Shown here in pieces: positions 36,877 through 47,156 of a stretch of DNA of 64,000 bases. A program made the position numbers and the translations under genes. A model generated the notes under the pieces. That model saw only the letters and a list, made by a program, of their open reading frames with translations. It did not search any database and had not been told where the DNA came from. Source of the DNA: Candidatus Kapaibacterium sp. (lineage in GTDB: Bacteria > Patescibacteriota > Patescibacteriia > UBA9934); the NCBI GenBank assembly GCA_044350705.1, contig JBILHA010000001.1, positions 426,676 to 490,675 of the forward strand, read 5' to 3'. Positions within the stretch are counted from its first letter, which is position 1. The number at the start of each line of letters is the position of its first letter.

Positions 36877-39800
36877 ATGAAAAATAAAACATCGTATAAA
36901 AACGACGTTTTTTTTCATCAGATATCTTCTCCACACTTGCACCAACGTCCGGCGCAAGGCCGGACAAGAAGTGTGACGTTATATCCGACGAATATGTTCG
37001 TCTTTTTATACAGAAGAAAGTATACCCAATCTCTCTTTTTTTCAAAAAAATGCCCTTTTTTTCATGCTACACTTTCTCTACGCTTTATTATCTTTTCTGT
37101 GCAAAAACAAACCTTTTTATCAGCGTTCTTTCTTGGTTTCTTCTCCGCCTTGTGCACGCTCCTCTTCCCTGCCACTACGCTTGCTGCTCCCGACTACCTT
37201 ACCGATGGCTCGGAACTTCTTTTCCCCTATTCATTCCTCGAACCTGAAACTTCCTGGAGAATAGATACAAGTACCACGGGTAGTGCAACGATTACGAGCA
37301 TCTCTCCCGACTTTGTTGGCCCAAGTGATACCGGCGTTTTAAGTACCGAGGGCTGGACAGAAGGTATTTCCGAAAGTATTGATGATGGCTTTTTCCCCGT
37401 TCCTCTTCCTGAGAGTATCTTTTTTAATGGATCTTCTACCGACACCGTATGGTTCGGCTCGAATAGTTATATTTTTTTTGATGGAGGGTCTACTGAATAC
37501 GAGAGCCTTACGTTTGATAATCCTGCTCGCGCTGGTATTTCTCTTTGCGCAAACGATCATTCCTATCAGCGACTGCTCTATCGTACGGAGGTGGGAACTA
37601 ACAATGTTCGCGTTCGCTATGAAGGTACCGCAAGTACCATTGGCGATATTGGCCTTCCTGACATTGTTTATGAAGCAGTGTTTTATGAAGGCGAATCCTA
37701 TTTCGACCTTCATGTTGGACATCATGCAGGCTGTAATGGGAGCGTCCTCGATCCCGAGATTCGCGGACGAACAAGTGAGGACTACATCCTCACCGCTTCA
37801 ACGGGTACATGGTCTTACAGCGATGCTCCTCTTGATTTTTCCTATCAATGGCTTCGCTATAACAATGACACGAGTACATGGGATGAAATTTCTGGAGCTA
37901 CAAGCCAGCAATACCTTCTTACACCTGATGATGCCGGAGTAGCCATTACCGTTGAAGTTGTCTCTTTCGATCCTGAGTCTGGGCCCTCTGGAAGAACTGC
38001 TGAACCAACTGCTCCCATTACCGAAGTACACCTCATTTCTACCTGTGAAGAACTTCAGGCATCTGACGATGGTCTTCATGGGCTCCCAAGCGACGTGTAT
38101 CGACTCGCCAATAGCATTGACTGTACCGGAGTTGAAATGGACCCTTTGTGGCCCTCTGGATTTTCTGGAGTTTTTGATGGAGACGAGTACACTATTTCTG
38201 GTATCTCTCTTTCCGGCGGAGATAATACCGCGCTTTTCTCCAACTCCGACGGCGCTGAATTTTTTGACCTGACACTTTCTGGCTCGGTAGCCAGTACCGG
38301 CCACTATACCGGTGCGTTAGTTGGGGAGGCGTACAATACTTCGTTTTCAAATATTACGAGTACCGTAGAAATTTATGCGGGCGCAAACCATGTTGGCGGT
38401 ATTGCCGGCTTTGCACATTACGATACTGATGGAACCTATACACTTACTAATCTCTCCGTAGAAGCAGACATCTATCTTCCACTCCATGGATCGTCGATCG
38501 GTGGTATTTTTGGCTATCTTGGTGAAGGCATTGATGGAACCGAGATTTCTGTCACGCTCGATAACGCGCAGTTTGTCGGATCAATATCTGGCGACAATGA
38601 AGGCGGGTATCAGCTCACCGAAGTTGGTGGACTCATTGGTTATGTACAAATCTATAAAGATAACGACGGCGATCATCATTTCACGATTCAAAACAGTTCA
38701 ACTTCTGGTTCTGGCATTTCTGCTTACTTTTCTGCCGGTGGTCTTGTGGGTCGGCTGGTGAGCGAAAACTACACCTCGTCATTTACTCGTGAACGTTCAC
38801 CTTCAACGATTTCCATTCTCTCCTCTTCATCGAGCATGCCTATTCAGGTTAGTTCGAGTCGTGGCGGTGGACTCATAGGTTATGTGCACATGTACAACGA
38901 GGGCGTTTCTGATCAAGCCATTTCTTTTGATGATACAAGTGCAACTGGAAATGTAACCGGGGGAATTTTCGCTGGAGGACTCCTTGGAACCATTGATATC
39001 AACATCCAAAATAGTGGAGCTTCAAATACACTTGATATCACAAACTCATTTGCTACAGGCGCGGTTACGGGATCGGGATTCATTGGAGGATTTCTCGGAG
39101 GATCGTACGATGAGCACAATGACATCTTCGTTGCAGGCACTGAACGCAGCGTTACATTCACCAATACGTATGCAACCGGTGACGTTGTAGGATCTCTCGA
39201 CAGTGACGATGTCTACTTCGTGGGCGGCTTTGCCGGATCCCTCTACTGCACTTCAAGCGATATCCGTGAAGGGCAAAAGGTTTGCGAAATACATGAGTCG
39301 TATGCCTCCGGTGACGTTACGGGAAACCTTCTTGGAGGAAGCTGGAATGTTGGTGGATTTTTTGGAGCGCTTTCTGACTCTATCACTCTTCGTGATTCCT
39401 ATGCACAAGGCGATATTTCAGGATATCAGCACGTGGGAGGATTTGCTGGCGTTGTACAGGAAGCTTACGACGGTATGTCTATCGAGCGTGTATATAGCTC
39501 GGGAATGGTCGCGTCGTCTGAGTTAAATTCTTATGCACTCGGCGGACTCTTTGGATATACCGACAATACCTTTATCACTCTCCGCAATGCATTTACTACC
39601 TCACCCGTAGTCGACGCCCTTACCGGCGCAACACAACTTGGTATGTGCGTGGGAAGCATGGGCACGGAAATATTTATCGAAAATACTGAATACGTTGCAG
39701 GAAGCTACTCGGGATCGGGAGGGGGAGATTTGGACGGATGTACCTCCGTTGATGATGCGTCGTACTTTTATCAAAGCGATTATTCCTTCTTGAGTTCCTG

Positions 39801-42800
39801 GGATTTTTCTATAGTTTGGCGTGAAAATCCAGATCAACTCCCTACTTTGCGCGCAAGTTCAGAAGAAATGGGAGATATCACTCCTCCAACCCTCTCACTC
39901 ATTCGTCCCTTGAGCGATACCATTGTCGTTGACTGGGATCCGTCGGTAGATTGGGGCGATTCTGCGGCGTGCTCATACTCGTATGACGATGAAGTCTATA
40001 CGCTCATCGACTGTTCTCTTGAAGGCTCTAACATTCCTTCCCCGGAAACCTCCGGTGACTACACGCTCTACATTCTCGGTGCTGATGACGCAGACAACGA
40101 GGCATACGAGGAAGTGACCTTTACGTTCGCCGATCTTGAACGCCCGCATCTTCTTGGCGCAACAGGAACGGGTTTTGCCTATACCTCTTCAGAAATTGCT
40201 TTTGACTGGCAAGATTTTACCGATGCTGCAACGTCTGTAGGCTTTGAAACAGATGATGATGACCGGATGTCGGAAGCGATTCGCCTCCCCTTTCCGTTTA
40301 CCTTCTACGGGAACGTGTACGAATCGCTGTACGCTTCTACGAATGGATTCGTCACCTTTACCGGCGATCAAAGCGCTACCTACGATCCACCTGCACAGCC
40401 AGATTTTGGCATAGAAAATGAAACACATAACGTTATCGCGCTCAACTGGACAGACTTGTACTTTGGACAAGACAGTCAACTTGCGTACGAAGTCTTTGGT
40501 ACCGCGCCCAATCGCGTGTTCGTTCTTGAATATCGCGACTTTGAAGAATGCTGCGATCAGGATATCAACCGCGTCACCATGCAACTTCATTTGCACGAAT
40601 CTACACATGTTATAGAAATGTACATTGATGAATCCGATGTCTCACCTGACCACCTTATGGTGCAAGGCGTTATCGATAGCCAAGGCACACAGGCGGTTCT
40701 CACTCCCGAGCGTAACTCGGTACTCTCCACAGCTCTTACACATGATGCTGTTCGCTTTACTCCAATTGCTGTCCCTAATTACGTTCGCTCTGGCGATGTT
40801 CTTCTTGGGCGATGGGATCCGAGTGATTTTCCTCGAGAAATTTATTCGGTTCAGTTCGTTGTTTCCGAATTTTATGGTGAAGAAATGATTACTGCGGCAG
40901 GGTTTAACGACGAAACTGGTTACTATGAAGCTGAACTGAGTGAAGACCTTCTCGCGCAAGATCAAGATGATGCACTCTTTTTTATACGAGTTACTGATAT
41001 TTCCGATACCGTCTCTGAAATTTGGAGTGAAACCTATAATATCGATACGTACATTCCCGATGACTTTTCTGTTTCGGACATTGAGGTTCTTGGTGGCACT
41101 GTCAATGAAGAAGAATGGAATGCAACAAATACGAGCATTGAGATTACCGTAACCATTCCTGAAGATAACAGTCTTATTGGCGGCAATCTCTATATCTTCT
41201 CTGATAACGACGAAGATGATCGCTGGATTGCGGTTGAAGATCTTTCCGCTGAAGATCTTGGTACCGATAAAGTAGTTACTCTCACCGCGGAAGATCTTTA
41301 TGACATTCCCCTTCTTGCGGAATGGGAATATTTTGAGCTCTATGCAGTACTTCAAGACAATGCGGGAAATTATCTTGAAAGCGATGACGAACGCTTCCGA
41401 GTGTACATGACGGAAGATGACATCTTCCCCACTCTTTCTCTCATTGGAGGAGATGATGTGTATATAACCCTTGGAGAGACTTACGAAGAACTCGGCGTGT
41501 ACGCAGAAGACGCTGTGGATGGTAATATTTCTCATGATGTACTTATTACAGGCTCGGCAGATACCTCTCGCGTTGCAAATTATCCCCTCAGTTATTTCGT
41601 TGAGAATTCACGTGGAATAATTTCCGAAATTGTCACTCGAGATATCATCGTTCTTCCTGAAGATTCTTCCGATTTCTTTATTGGATATAACGATGAAACG
41701 CGTATTCATGTTTCTCAAACCTCAACTTCTTCCGTGCAATTTACCGATCTTTGGAACGAAGGCGATCCTTCGTTTATCACCCCTGGTATTACGATGATCA
41801 CTGCACAGTCAGCTATCGGTGTACTTGAAATTGTCATGCCAAGCGACATGACGGTTACCCCAAGTGGTGATTTCGATGGCTCCATGATGCTTCCCCGTGC
41901 ACTTACCGAAGAAGATCTCGCCCTTCCTTCGGGCGCACCGCTTCATGCCGCATTTGAAATTGGACTCTCGGAAAGCTCTCTCGTCTTTGATCGAGGTATT
42001 CGCATCCTCTTCCCCGGACAGGGCAATCGCCTTGCGGGAACGCAACATCTTGGAGTCTTTACCCCTATTTCCACTGTTTGCGATGCTGATACCCAAGACT
42101 TTGCAGACACTCTTCCTGAAGAGGGTGATTGCGCCATAACCGTTGGTGAGGACTTGGTTGTTTGGACAAAACATTTCAGTGCTTTTTCGGCATACGGCGA
42201 GGGAGAAAGCGATGACACTCCCGCGCCACGCTCAAGTAATGCTCGTCGATATTCGTGGCGTCAATCTCCTCAAAAGCCTACGGGCGGATGCCAAGATCCT
42301 CGTGCTGAAAATTTCGATCCCACCGCACGTCATGGAGGAAAGAAGCTCTGCACCTACGCATCCCCCAGTCCCGCGCCTATTATCCTACCCCCAACATCCA
42401 ATGCCTCACTCCCCTCACTCCCCTCACTCCCTACACCCACCACCCCCTGCCCCTACACCCGAACCCTTGTTCTCGGCATGGAAGGTGAGGACGTTCGTGC
42501 ACTGCAAGTGTTCCTCAATGCTCACGGGTTCCCTGTCGCGGCAATCGGTGCCGGATCACCTGGTTTAGAAACATTGTATTTTGGTCCCGCAACGCGTGCC
42601 GCACTTATTCGCTACCAAGCAAGTAACGGCATTGCTCTTTCGCAAGGCGCTGGCACGTTCGGCCCTCGCACGACCGCACTCGTTTGCGCGGGAACGACGA
42701 CATCTCCGACTCCCGCTTCTCCTTCGCCGGTATCATCATCATTCTTTACGCGCGATTTAACGCTTGGCTCTATGGGAGAAGATGTTGCCATTCTCCAGCG

Positions 42801-42984
42801 CACGCTCATTGCGAACGACTACGTTATTCCTGCAGGTGCTACCGCGTATTTCGGCCCACAAACCGCGCAGGCACTTGCTCAATTCCAGGAAGATCATGGC
42901 GTTTCGCCATCACTTGGCTTCTTCGGTGCACTGACTCGAGCATTTTTTGTCAATTCAATCCTTATTCATGCACTCATCCCTTAG
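36877..42984 (+). CDS. Giant secreted cell-surface protein with GLUG-motif repeats and two C-terminal peptidoglycan-binding (PG_binding_1-like) domains
   Basis: 2035 aa. Signal peptide LSAFFLGFFSALCTLLFPATTLA-AP (the in-frame GTG at 37099 is a plausible alternative start). At least 10 VGG(L/I/F)xG(Y/F) GLUG-like repeats. C-terminal LVLGMEGEDVRALQVFLNAHGF...YFGPATRAALIRYQ and LTLGSMGEDVAILQRTLIANDY...YFGPQTAQALAQFQ. Confidence 0.8.
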   Translation: MKNKTSYKNDVFFHQISSPHLHQRPAQGRTRSVTLYPTNMFVFLYRRKYTQSLFFSKKCPFFHATLSLRFIIFSVQKQTFLSAFFLGFFSALCTLLFPATTLAAPDYLTDGSELLFPYSFLEPETSWRIDTSTTGSATITSISPDFVGPSDTGVLSTEGWTEGISESIDDGFFPVPLPESIFFNGSSTDTVWFGSNSYIFFDGGSTEYESLTFDNPARAGISLCANDHSYQRLLYRTEVGTNNVRVRYEGTASTIGDIGLPDIVYEAVFYEGESYFDLHVGHHAGCNGSVLDPEIRGRTSEDYILTASTGTWSYSDAPLDFSYQWLRYNNDTSTWDEISGATSQQYLLTPDDAGVAITVEVVSFDPESGPSGRTAEPTAPITEVHLISTCEELQASDDGLHGLPSDVYRLANSIDCTGVEMDPLWPSGFSGVFDGDEYTISGISLSGGDNTALFSNSDGAEFFDLTLSGSVASTGHYTGALVGEAYNTSFSNITSTVEIYAGANHVGGIAGFAHYDTDGTYTLTNLSVEADIYLPLHGSSIGGIFGYLGEGIDGTEISVTLDNAQFVGSISGDNEGGYQLTEVGGLIGYVQIYKDNDGDHHFTIQNSSTSGSGISAYFSAGGLVGRLVSENYTSSFTRERSPSTISILSSSSSMPIQVSSSRGGGLIGYVHMYNEGVSDQAISFDDTSATGNVTGGIFAGGLLGTIDINIQNSGASNTLDITNSFATGAVTGSGFIGGFLGGSYDEHNDIFVAGTERSVTFTNTYATGDVVGSLDSDDVYFVGGFAGSLYCTSSDIREGQKVCEIHESYASGDVTGNLLGGSWNVGGFFGALSDSITLRDSYAQGDISGYQHVGGFAGVVQEAYDGMSIERVYSSGMVASSELNSYALGGLFGYTDNTFITLRNAFTTSPVVDALTGATQLGMCVGSMGTEIFIENTEYVAGSYSGSGGGDLDGCTSVDDASYFYQSDYSFLSSWDFSIVWRENPDQLPTLRASSEEMGDITPPTLSLIRPLSDTIVVDWDPSVDWGDSAACSYSYDDEVYTLIDCSLEGSNIPSPETSGDYTLYILGADDADNEAYEEVTFTFADLERPHLLGATGTGFAYTSSEIAFDWQDFTDAATSVGFETDDDDRMSEAIRLPFPFTFYGNVYESLYASTNGFVTFTGDQSATYDPPAQPDFGIENETHNVIALNWTDLYFGQDSQLAYEVFGTAPNRVFVLEYRDFEECCDQDINRVTMQLHLHESTHVIEMYIDESDVSPDHLMVQGVIDSQGTQAVLTPERNSVLSTALTHDAVRFTPIAVPNYVRSGDVLLGRWDPSDFPREIYSVQFVVSEFYGEEMITAAGFNDETGYYEAELSEDLLAQDQDDALFFIRVTDISDTVSEIWSETYNIDTYIPDDFSVSDIEVLGGTVNEEEWNATNTSIEITVTIPEDNSLIGGNLYIFSDNDEDDRWIAVEDLSAEDLGTDKVVTLTAEDLYDIPLLAEWEYFELYAVLQDNAGNYLESDDERFRVYMTEDDIFPTLSLIGGDDVYITLGETYEELGVYAEDAVDGNISHDVLITGSADTSRVANYPLSYFVENSRGIISEIVTRDIIVLPEDSSDFFIGYNDETRIHVSQTSTSSVQFTDLWNEGDPSFITPGITMITAQSAIGVLEIVMPSDMTVTPSGDFDGSMMLPRALTEEDLALPSGAPLHAAFEIGLSESSLVFDRGIRILFPGQGNRLAGTQHLGVFTPISTVCDADTQDFADTLPEEGDCAITVGEDLVVWTKHFSAFSAYGEGESDDTPAPRSSNARRYSWRQSPQKPTGGCQDPRAENFDPTARHGGKKLCTYASPSPAPIILPPTSNASLPSLPSLPTPTTPCPYTRTLVLGMEGEDVRALQVFLNAHGFPVAAIGAGSPGLETLYFGPATRAALIRYQASNGIALSQGAGTFGPRTTALVCAGTTTSPTPASPSPVSSSFFTRDLTLGSMGEDVAILQRTLIANDYVIPAGATAYFGPQTAQALAQFQEDHGVSPSLGFFGALTRAFFVNSILIHALIP

Positions 42985-43024
42985 CATTCCCCTCACCTCG
43001 TCATCCGCATCTACGAAATATCCG

Positions 43025-43058
43025 CCCTGATAGGCGGATATTTTTTTCATGAGGTACA
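43025..43058 (+). terminator. Rho-independent terminator (atatccgcc-ctgat-aggcggatat + TTTTTTT)
   Basis: Perfect 9-bp stem about 40 nt after the giant gene stop. Confidence 0.6.
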
Positions 43059-43200
43059 GGTCCTTCACATCAAAACAAACTTCATGAAACATCGTCTTCA
43101 ATCTATATCACACTCTTTCACCTTCTTCTTGTCACGAAAACGCTCGGACAAGGTAGTCCCCACGTGGGACACCTCATCCGAGCGTACGGCTGGTTGCACT

Positions 43201-43653
43201 TCAGCTTTTTTTGTCAACTCGGTCGCTGAGCGCAAACCATGCCAGAGCGACGTCCAGATTGTATTCAATGAGCACGAGGCGCTTGCCTCGGTACTCACGC
43301 TCTTCCCCTTGCTTCGACACGCCTCGCAACGCTGCGGGAAGCGGTGGCACTCCCCACTGCTTTTCTGCCCCGGCATCGAGCGCGTATCCAATACAAGGAA
43401 CACCTAGCCGCCTGTCCGCGCCCGCAGTACATGGGAACTCGGCGGATCCTGCCCGCAGCACCGAGAGTCGCACCCTTTCCTCTCCTCGCGGAGGGGTCCG
43501 AGAGAAAAGCTCAGGAAATCGCCCGGCGATGTCTTGCCCTAGGTCACTCCCAAGATCAATCAACATCAGCTCATACAGTAATGCTCGCTCCCCCTCTCCT
43601 CTACAATCCCCCAATGCATCTGCAAAAGCTTGCCAACGTATAGATCGATACAC
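43201..43653 (-). CDS. Hypothetical protein in a GC-rich putative integrated element
   Basis: 150 aa ORF. Overlapping antisense ORFs exist, so the strand choice is uncertain. Confidence 0.3.
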   Translation of the reverse strand: MYRSIRWQAFADALGDCRGEGERALLYELMLIDLGSDLGQDIAGRFPELFSRTPPRGEERVRLSVLRAGSAEFPCTAGADRRLGVPCIGYALDAGAEKQWGVPPLPAALRGVSKQGEEREYRGKRLVLIEYNLDVALAWFALSDRVDKKS

Positions 43654-44221
43654 GGCACCTCTCCTTTATCGCTTTTCAGCGACTATGGAGTATAGCTGAT
43701 CCGCGCGAAAAACAACAACCGCAAAAAGCACTTTTTTTGAATTTGTCGGAATATTTCCAGATCCATGGTTTGAGACGCCTTTTTGTACACAATAAAAAAG
43801 GCCCATCACATGGATGGGTCTTTTTTGGTGACCCCGAAGCGAGCCAGCATGAACTACGTCGCCAAGTTAGAGGAGCTCGTGCCGTTTATCATGGCATGGA
43901 ATGGGGACGTTTCTCGGTTTTTACAGCGTCCCCGCGCATTGCAGCGTGTTGCGGTGACGTACTGAACGGGCGTAGAATGGAGACAGTAACCCTCAACAAA
44001 ACAGTATGACCCTCGACGGCGAAAGCAACATCAGCGACGTAGTACAGAACTTGCCCCAAGCAGCGCAACGCCCCGCAGATGCACCCGCAGGCACCGTGGT
44101 GACGGCGAACGGCCAGCGCGTGACCTTGGGGGAGGAAGGGCATCACAACGCCGCTATCTCCTCCCCTCAACAGGGCATGAACCTCACGGAGAAGTAGAAC
44201 AGAGCCAAAGAAAGCCAAGAT

Positions 44222-44632
44222 ATGACCAACCCTGCAATAAAAGAGCAGTTCGTAGAGCTTCGTGCCCAAGGCATGAGCTTTGCGGCTATTGCGGAGCGTC
44301 TTGGCGTTGCAAAGTCCACCCTCATCGCATGGAGCAAGGAGGCGGAGAATGACATCGGCAACCTGCGACAAATCTACGCGGAGGCACTACGAGAGAAATA
44401 CCGCATTGGAGCAGAGCGGCGGGTAGAGCTCTTTGCCAAGCAGCTCGATGCGGTGGAGGGAGAACTTACGAAACGCGACATGGCAACCATCCCGACAGAA
44501 CGCCTCTTTGACATGCTCTTGAAACTCGGACGCGAGATTGGCATCAACCCGCCCATGACCTTCAAGCAGAAAAAAATCGGTGCTGACTTCGATTTTGCCG
44601 ACCTCGCACCGACGGCAGAATGGCAGGCGTAG
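44222..44632 (+). CDS. Helix-turn-helix DNA-binding protein (phage small-terminase/excisionase-like N-terminus)
   Basis: HTH QGMSFAAIAERLGVAKSTLIAWSK. 136 aa. Confidence 0.5.
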   Translation: MTNPAIKEQFVELRAQGMSFAAIAERLGVAKSTLIAWSKEAENDIGNLRQIYAEALREKYRIGAERRVELFAKQLDAVEGELTKRDMATIPTERLFDMLLKLGREIGINPPMTFKQKKIGADFDFADLAPTAEWQA

Positions 44633-44796
44633 GTTGTTAGGTTATCTCCCACTTTCTGACCGTTCCGCTACCAAAAGACGACCGCCCGAAAGGTAGCCGT
44701 CTTTTGATTGTTTGAGCAAAAAGAAGACGCGCCCACGAGCCGAGGGCACCCGTGGGTGGGCGTCTCCTTGCGGCTTGGGCGCGAGGGTGTGTGGCG

Positions 44797-45354
44797 TCAG
44801 TAGAGCTCGACGAGGCGGTCGTGGATGCGGCGCAAGGCGACTTCTCCACCGCAGCGTTCCGTGATGACCACGCCTCGCACCTCGCCGCGCTCGATGGCGT
44901 TCACGAGGGGCGGTCGATGGTTGCGGTCGAGGTTGCAGTCGCACGAGACGATGTACACCGCCATCTGCTTCCCGAGCTGCTTCGCGAACGCCAGCGGAAC
45001 GTCGAAGCTCGACACCCCGACGTAGACGAAGGCCAGCCCGTAGCCGTTCGCGTCCACCCCGTCCGCGATGCCCTTCATGATGCCCGCCGCTTCGCCCATC
45101 TGCTCCACCGTGATGGGGGACACCATCACCACGAGCAGCGGCGGCGGTTCGAAGTAGCCGCTCTGCACGTGGATGGTGAGGTTGTCCTTCGGAGAGTAGG
45201 CGCCCGCCTCGATGCCGCGGACACTGTTGTACGTAGCGAAGAGCACGTTGCGGGGCGCATCCTTGACGGCTTGCGCGAGACCTTCACGAAGAAAATCGTC
45301 GATGGAAACCAGCGGGTGCATGGGCACCTCCATTCGCACATCCGTGGTACTCAC
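44797..45354 (-). CDS. Hypothetical protein (185 aa) in the putative integrated element
   Basis: Protein-like composition, whereas the antisense 230-aa ORF is Arg/His-rich GC-artefact-like. Alternating beta-alpha pattern suggests a Rossmann-like fold. Confidence 0.4.
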   Translation of the reverse strand: MSTTDVRMEVPMHPLVSIDDFLREGLAQAVKDAPRNVLFATYNSVRGIEAGAYSPKDNLTIHVQSGYFEPPPLLVVMVSPITVEQMGEAAGIMKGIADGVDANGYGLAFVYVGVSSFDVPLAFAKQLGKQMAVYIVSCDCNLDRNHRPPLVNAIERGEVRGVVITERCGGEVALRRIHDRLVELY

Positions 45355-45449
45355 GGAAGGGTCGATTTACGACGCATCAGAATACCACAAAATGGCCGCT
45401 TCGTCAATCGCAAGGCAGTTGTTTTCGTGATAAACTGGCCGTAATCTGT

Positions 45450-47123
45450 ATGCCCTCCGAAACCCTCCCCAGCCCATCCGAACGCGTGGCAGAGCTTGTA
45501 ACGCGTCTACAGGCACGATTTGGGAGGAAGGACGGGGAAAGTGACGGCGAGGAGGCAAAAGCCATTCGGTACGTCATATACGTCCGTAAAAGCACCGACA
45601 CGGCGGAAAAGCAGGAGCGGAGCATTGCCGACCAGACGGCAGAGTGTAAACAGCTTGCCGATCGCCTCGGCTTGCGGTGGGTGGACGTCATCCACGAGGA
45701 ACAGTCGGCCATGGTGTCCGACGGTCGCCCACTTTTCTGCGCCATGCTCAACGAGCTCAAACACGGCGACAGCTACGAGGGCATCATCGCGTGGGCACCT
45801 GACCGCCTTGCCCGCAACATGAAGGAAGGCGGCGAGATAATCGACATGCTCGACCACGGGGACATTCAAGACATCAAGTTCGCCAACAACTTCGTCTACA
45901 ACAACGACCCTTCGGGCAAAATGCTTCTTGGCATTGCGTTCATCATGGCGAAGCAGTACAGCGACCAACACTCGCAAAACGTCACCCGCGCCATTCGCCA
46001 CAAGACGGCAGAAGGCAAATGGGCAGGCAGTCACCTCAAACATGGCTACTGGAAAGATAAACTGCACTACCTGCGCCCCGACGGGGAGAACCACGAGCTC
46101 ATCAAGGACGTGTTTCGGATGCGCATTAAGGGCAAATCGCTCAAAGAGATAGCCGACCACCTCGTAGAACGCGGCTATCCTGTCCCAACTGTCCATACCA
46201 AGCACCGTGCATTGAAAATCGACGACAAGTTCGTGTCGGGCATTTTGCATGATGCCTTTTATGTCGGTGCCATGAAGTTCGGCGACCAGTACGAAAATCT
46301 CTTTGACAAGTATGACTTCGTGCCCGCTGTGTCCATGGACGACTACGAGAAGCTGTACGGGCAGGACGGCGGCAAGACGGGCATCAACCTCGCCAAAGTG
46401 TTTACACCGCGCGAGGAAACGCAGGCCGCCCTCATGCAGCAGTTCGCCATCTGCGGCCATTGTGGACACTTCCTGTCCACGGGTATTACCAAAAACCTCT
46501 ACTATCTGCGTTGCGACTACAAAAAGCAGGGTTGCCCGATGGGTGGCAAGTCAATCCGTGCAAAAGACATCCTCGCTCCACTCCTCGACTTTCTCAAACA
46601 CCACCCACTCCTCACCGAGAAGGGATACGAGCGCTACACGGCAGAAATGGCGAAAGTGTTGGCCGAGAAGGAAAAGGAGTGCGACAACACGCTCCGCTCA
46701 CTCATGGCGCAGAAGCGGCAGGCGGAAATGCGGGTCGAAGACATGAAGGAACTCATCCGCAGGGACAAGGGCGATAAGGTGCTTGAACGCGAATACAAAG
46801 CCGACCTCAAAATGCATATCGCAAAGGGGCAAGAACTCGGCAAAAAGATAGCCAAACTCAAAGCGCAGAAAGAGAACGCGAAAGACGCTATTGCCACCTA
46901 CGCAGAGTTTCATGAACTCTTCCAAAACATCGCTGAACTCATACCAAAAATGGACAACATGGCCGAGTTGGATTTCATCATCAAAAAACTCTTCATGAAC
47001 GTCACCGTCACCAACCAAAAAGTGACTAACATAACACAAAACTCCCCTTTCAGGGAGCTCTGTGGGACGCCGAACTCGGCGATGGTGACTCCACGGAGAA
47101 TCGAACTCCGATTTAAGGCTTGA
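45450..47123 (+). CDS. Large serine recombinase (resolvase/integrase family)
   Basis: N-terminal catalytic domain YVIYVRKSTDTAEKQERSIADQ...WAPDRLARN, recombinase domain, zinc-ribbon (CGHCGH...C...C), coiled-coil C-terminus. The last ~14 codons of the ORF overlap tRNA-Glu on the opposite strand, so the true stop may be earlier. Confidence 0.85.
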   Translation: MPSETLPSPSERVAELVTRLQARFGRKDGESDGEEAKAIRYVIYVRKSTDTAEKQERSIADQTAECKQLADRLGLRWVDVIHEEQSAMVSDGRPLFCAMLNELKHGDSYEGIIAWAPDRLARNMKEGGEIIDMLDHGDIQDIKFANNFVYNNDPSGKMLLGIAFIMAKQYSDQHSQNVTRAIRHKTAEGKWAGSHLKHGYWKDKLHYLRPDGENHELIKDVFRMRIKGKSLKEIADHLVERGYPVPTVHTKHRALKIDDKFVSGILHDAFYVGAMKFGDQYENLFDKYDFVPAVSMDDYEKLYGQDGGKTGINLAKVFTPREETQAALMQQFAICGHCGHFLSTGITKNLYYLRCDYKKQGCPMGGKSIRAKDILAPLLDFLKHHPLLTEKGYERYTAEMAKVLAEKEKECDNTLRSLMAQKRQAEMRVEDMKELIRRDKGDKVLEREYKADLKMHIAKGQELGKKIAKLKAQKENAKDAIATYAEFHELFQNIAELIPKMDNMAELDFIIKKLFMNVTVTNQKVTNITQNSPFRELCGTPNSAMVTPRRIELRFKA

Positions 47124-47156
47124 GAAGCCTCTGTCCTAACCGTTAGACGATGGAGC
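47082..47156 (-). tRNA. tRNA-Glu (anticodon CUC)
   Basis: Manually folded cloverleaf: acceptor GGCTCCA/TGGAGTC (one G-U pair), D-arm TCGTCTAACGGTTAGGAC, anticodon arm GAGGC-TTCTCAA-GCCTT, T-arm CGGAG-TTCGATT-CTCCG, encoded CCA. Confidence 0.65.

Noticed and set aside
44752-45444. 230-aa plus-strand ORF (Arg/His/Val-rich) in the putative integrated element
   Set aside because: Its composition is characteristic of an antisense frame in GC-rich DNA. The minus-strand 185-aa ORF 44797..45354 is more protein-like.
45507-46469. 320-aa minus-strand ORF antisense to the serine recombinase
   Set aside because: The plus-strand frame carries unmistakable serine-recombinase motifs. The antisense ORF has none.
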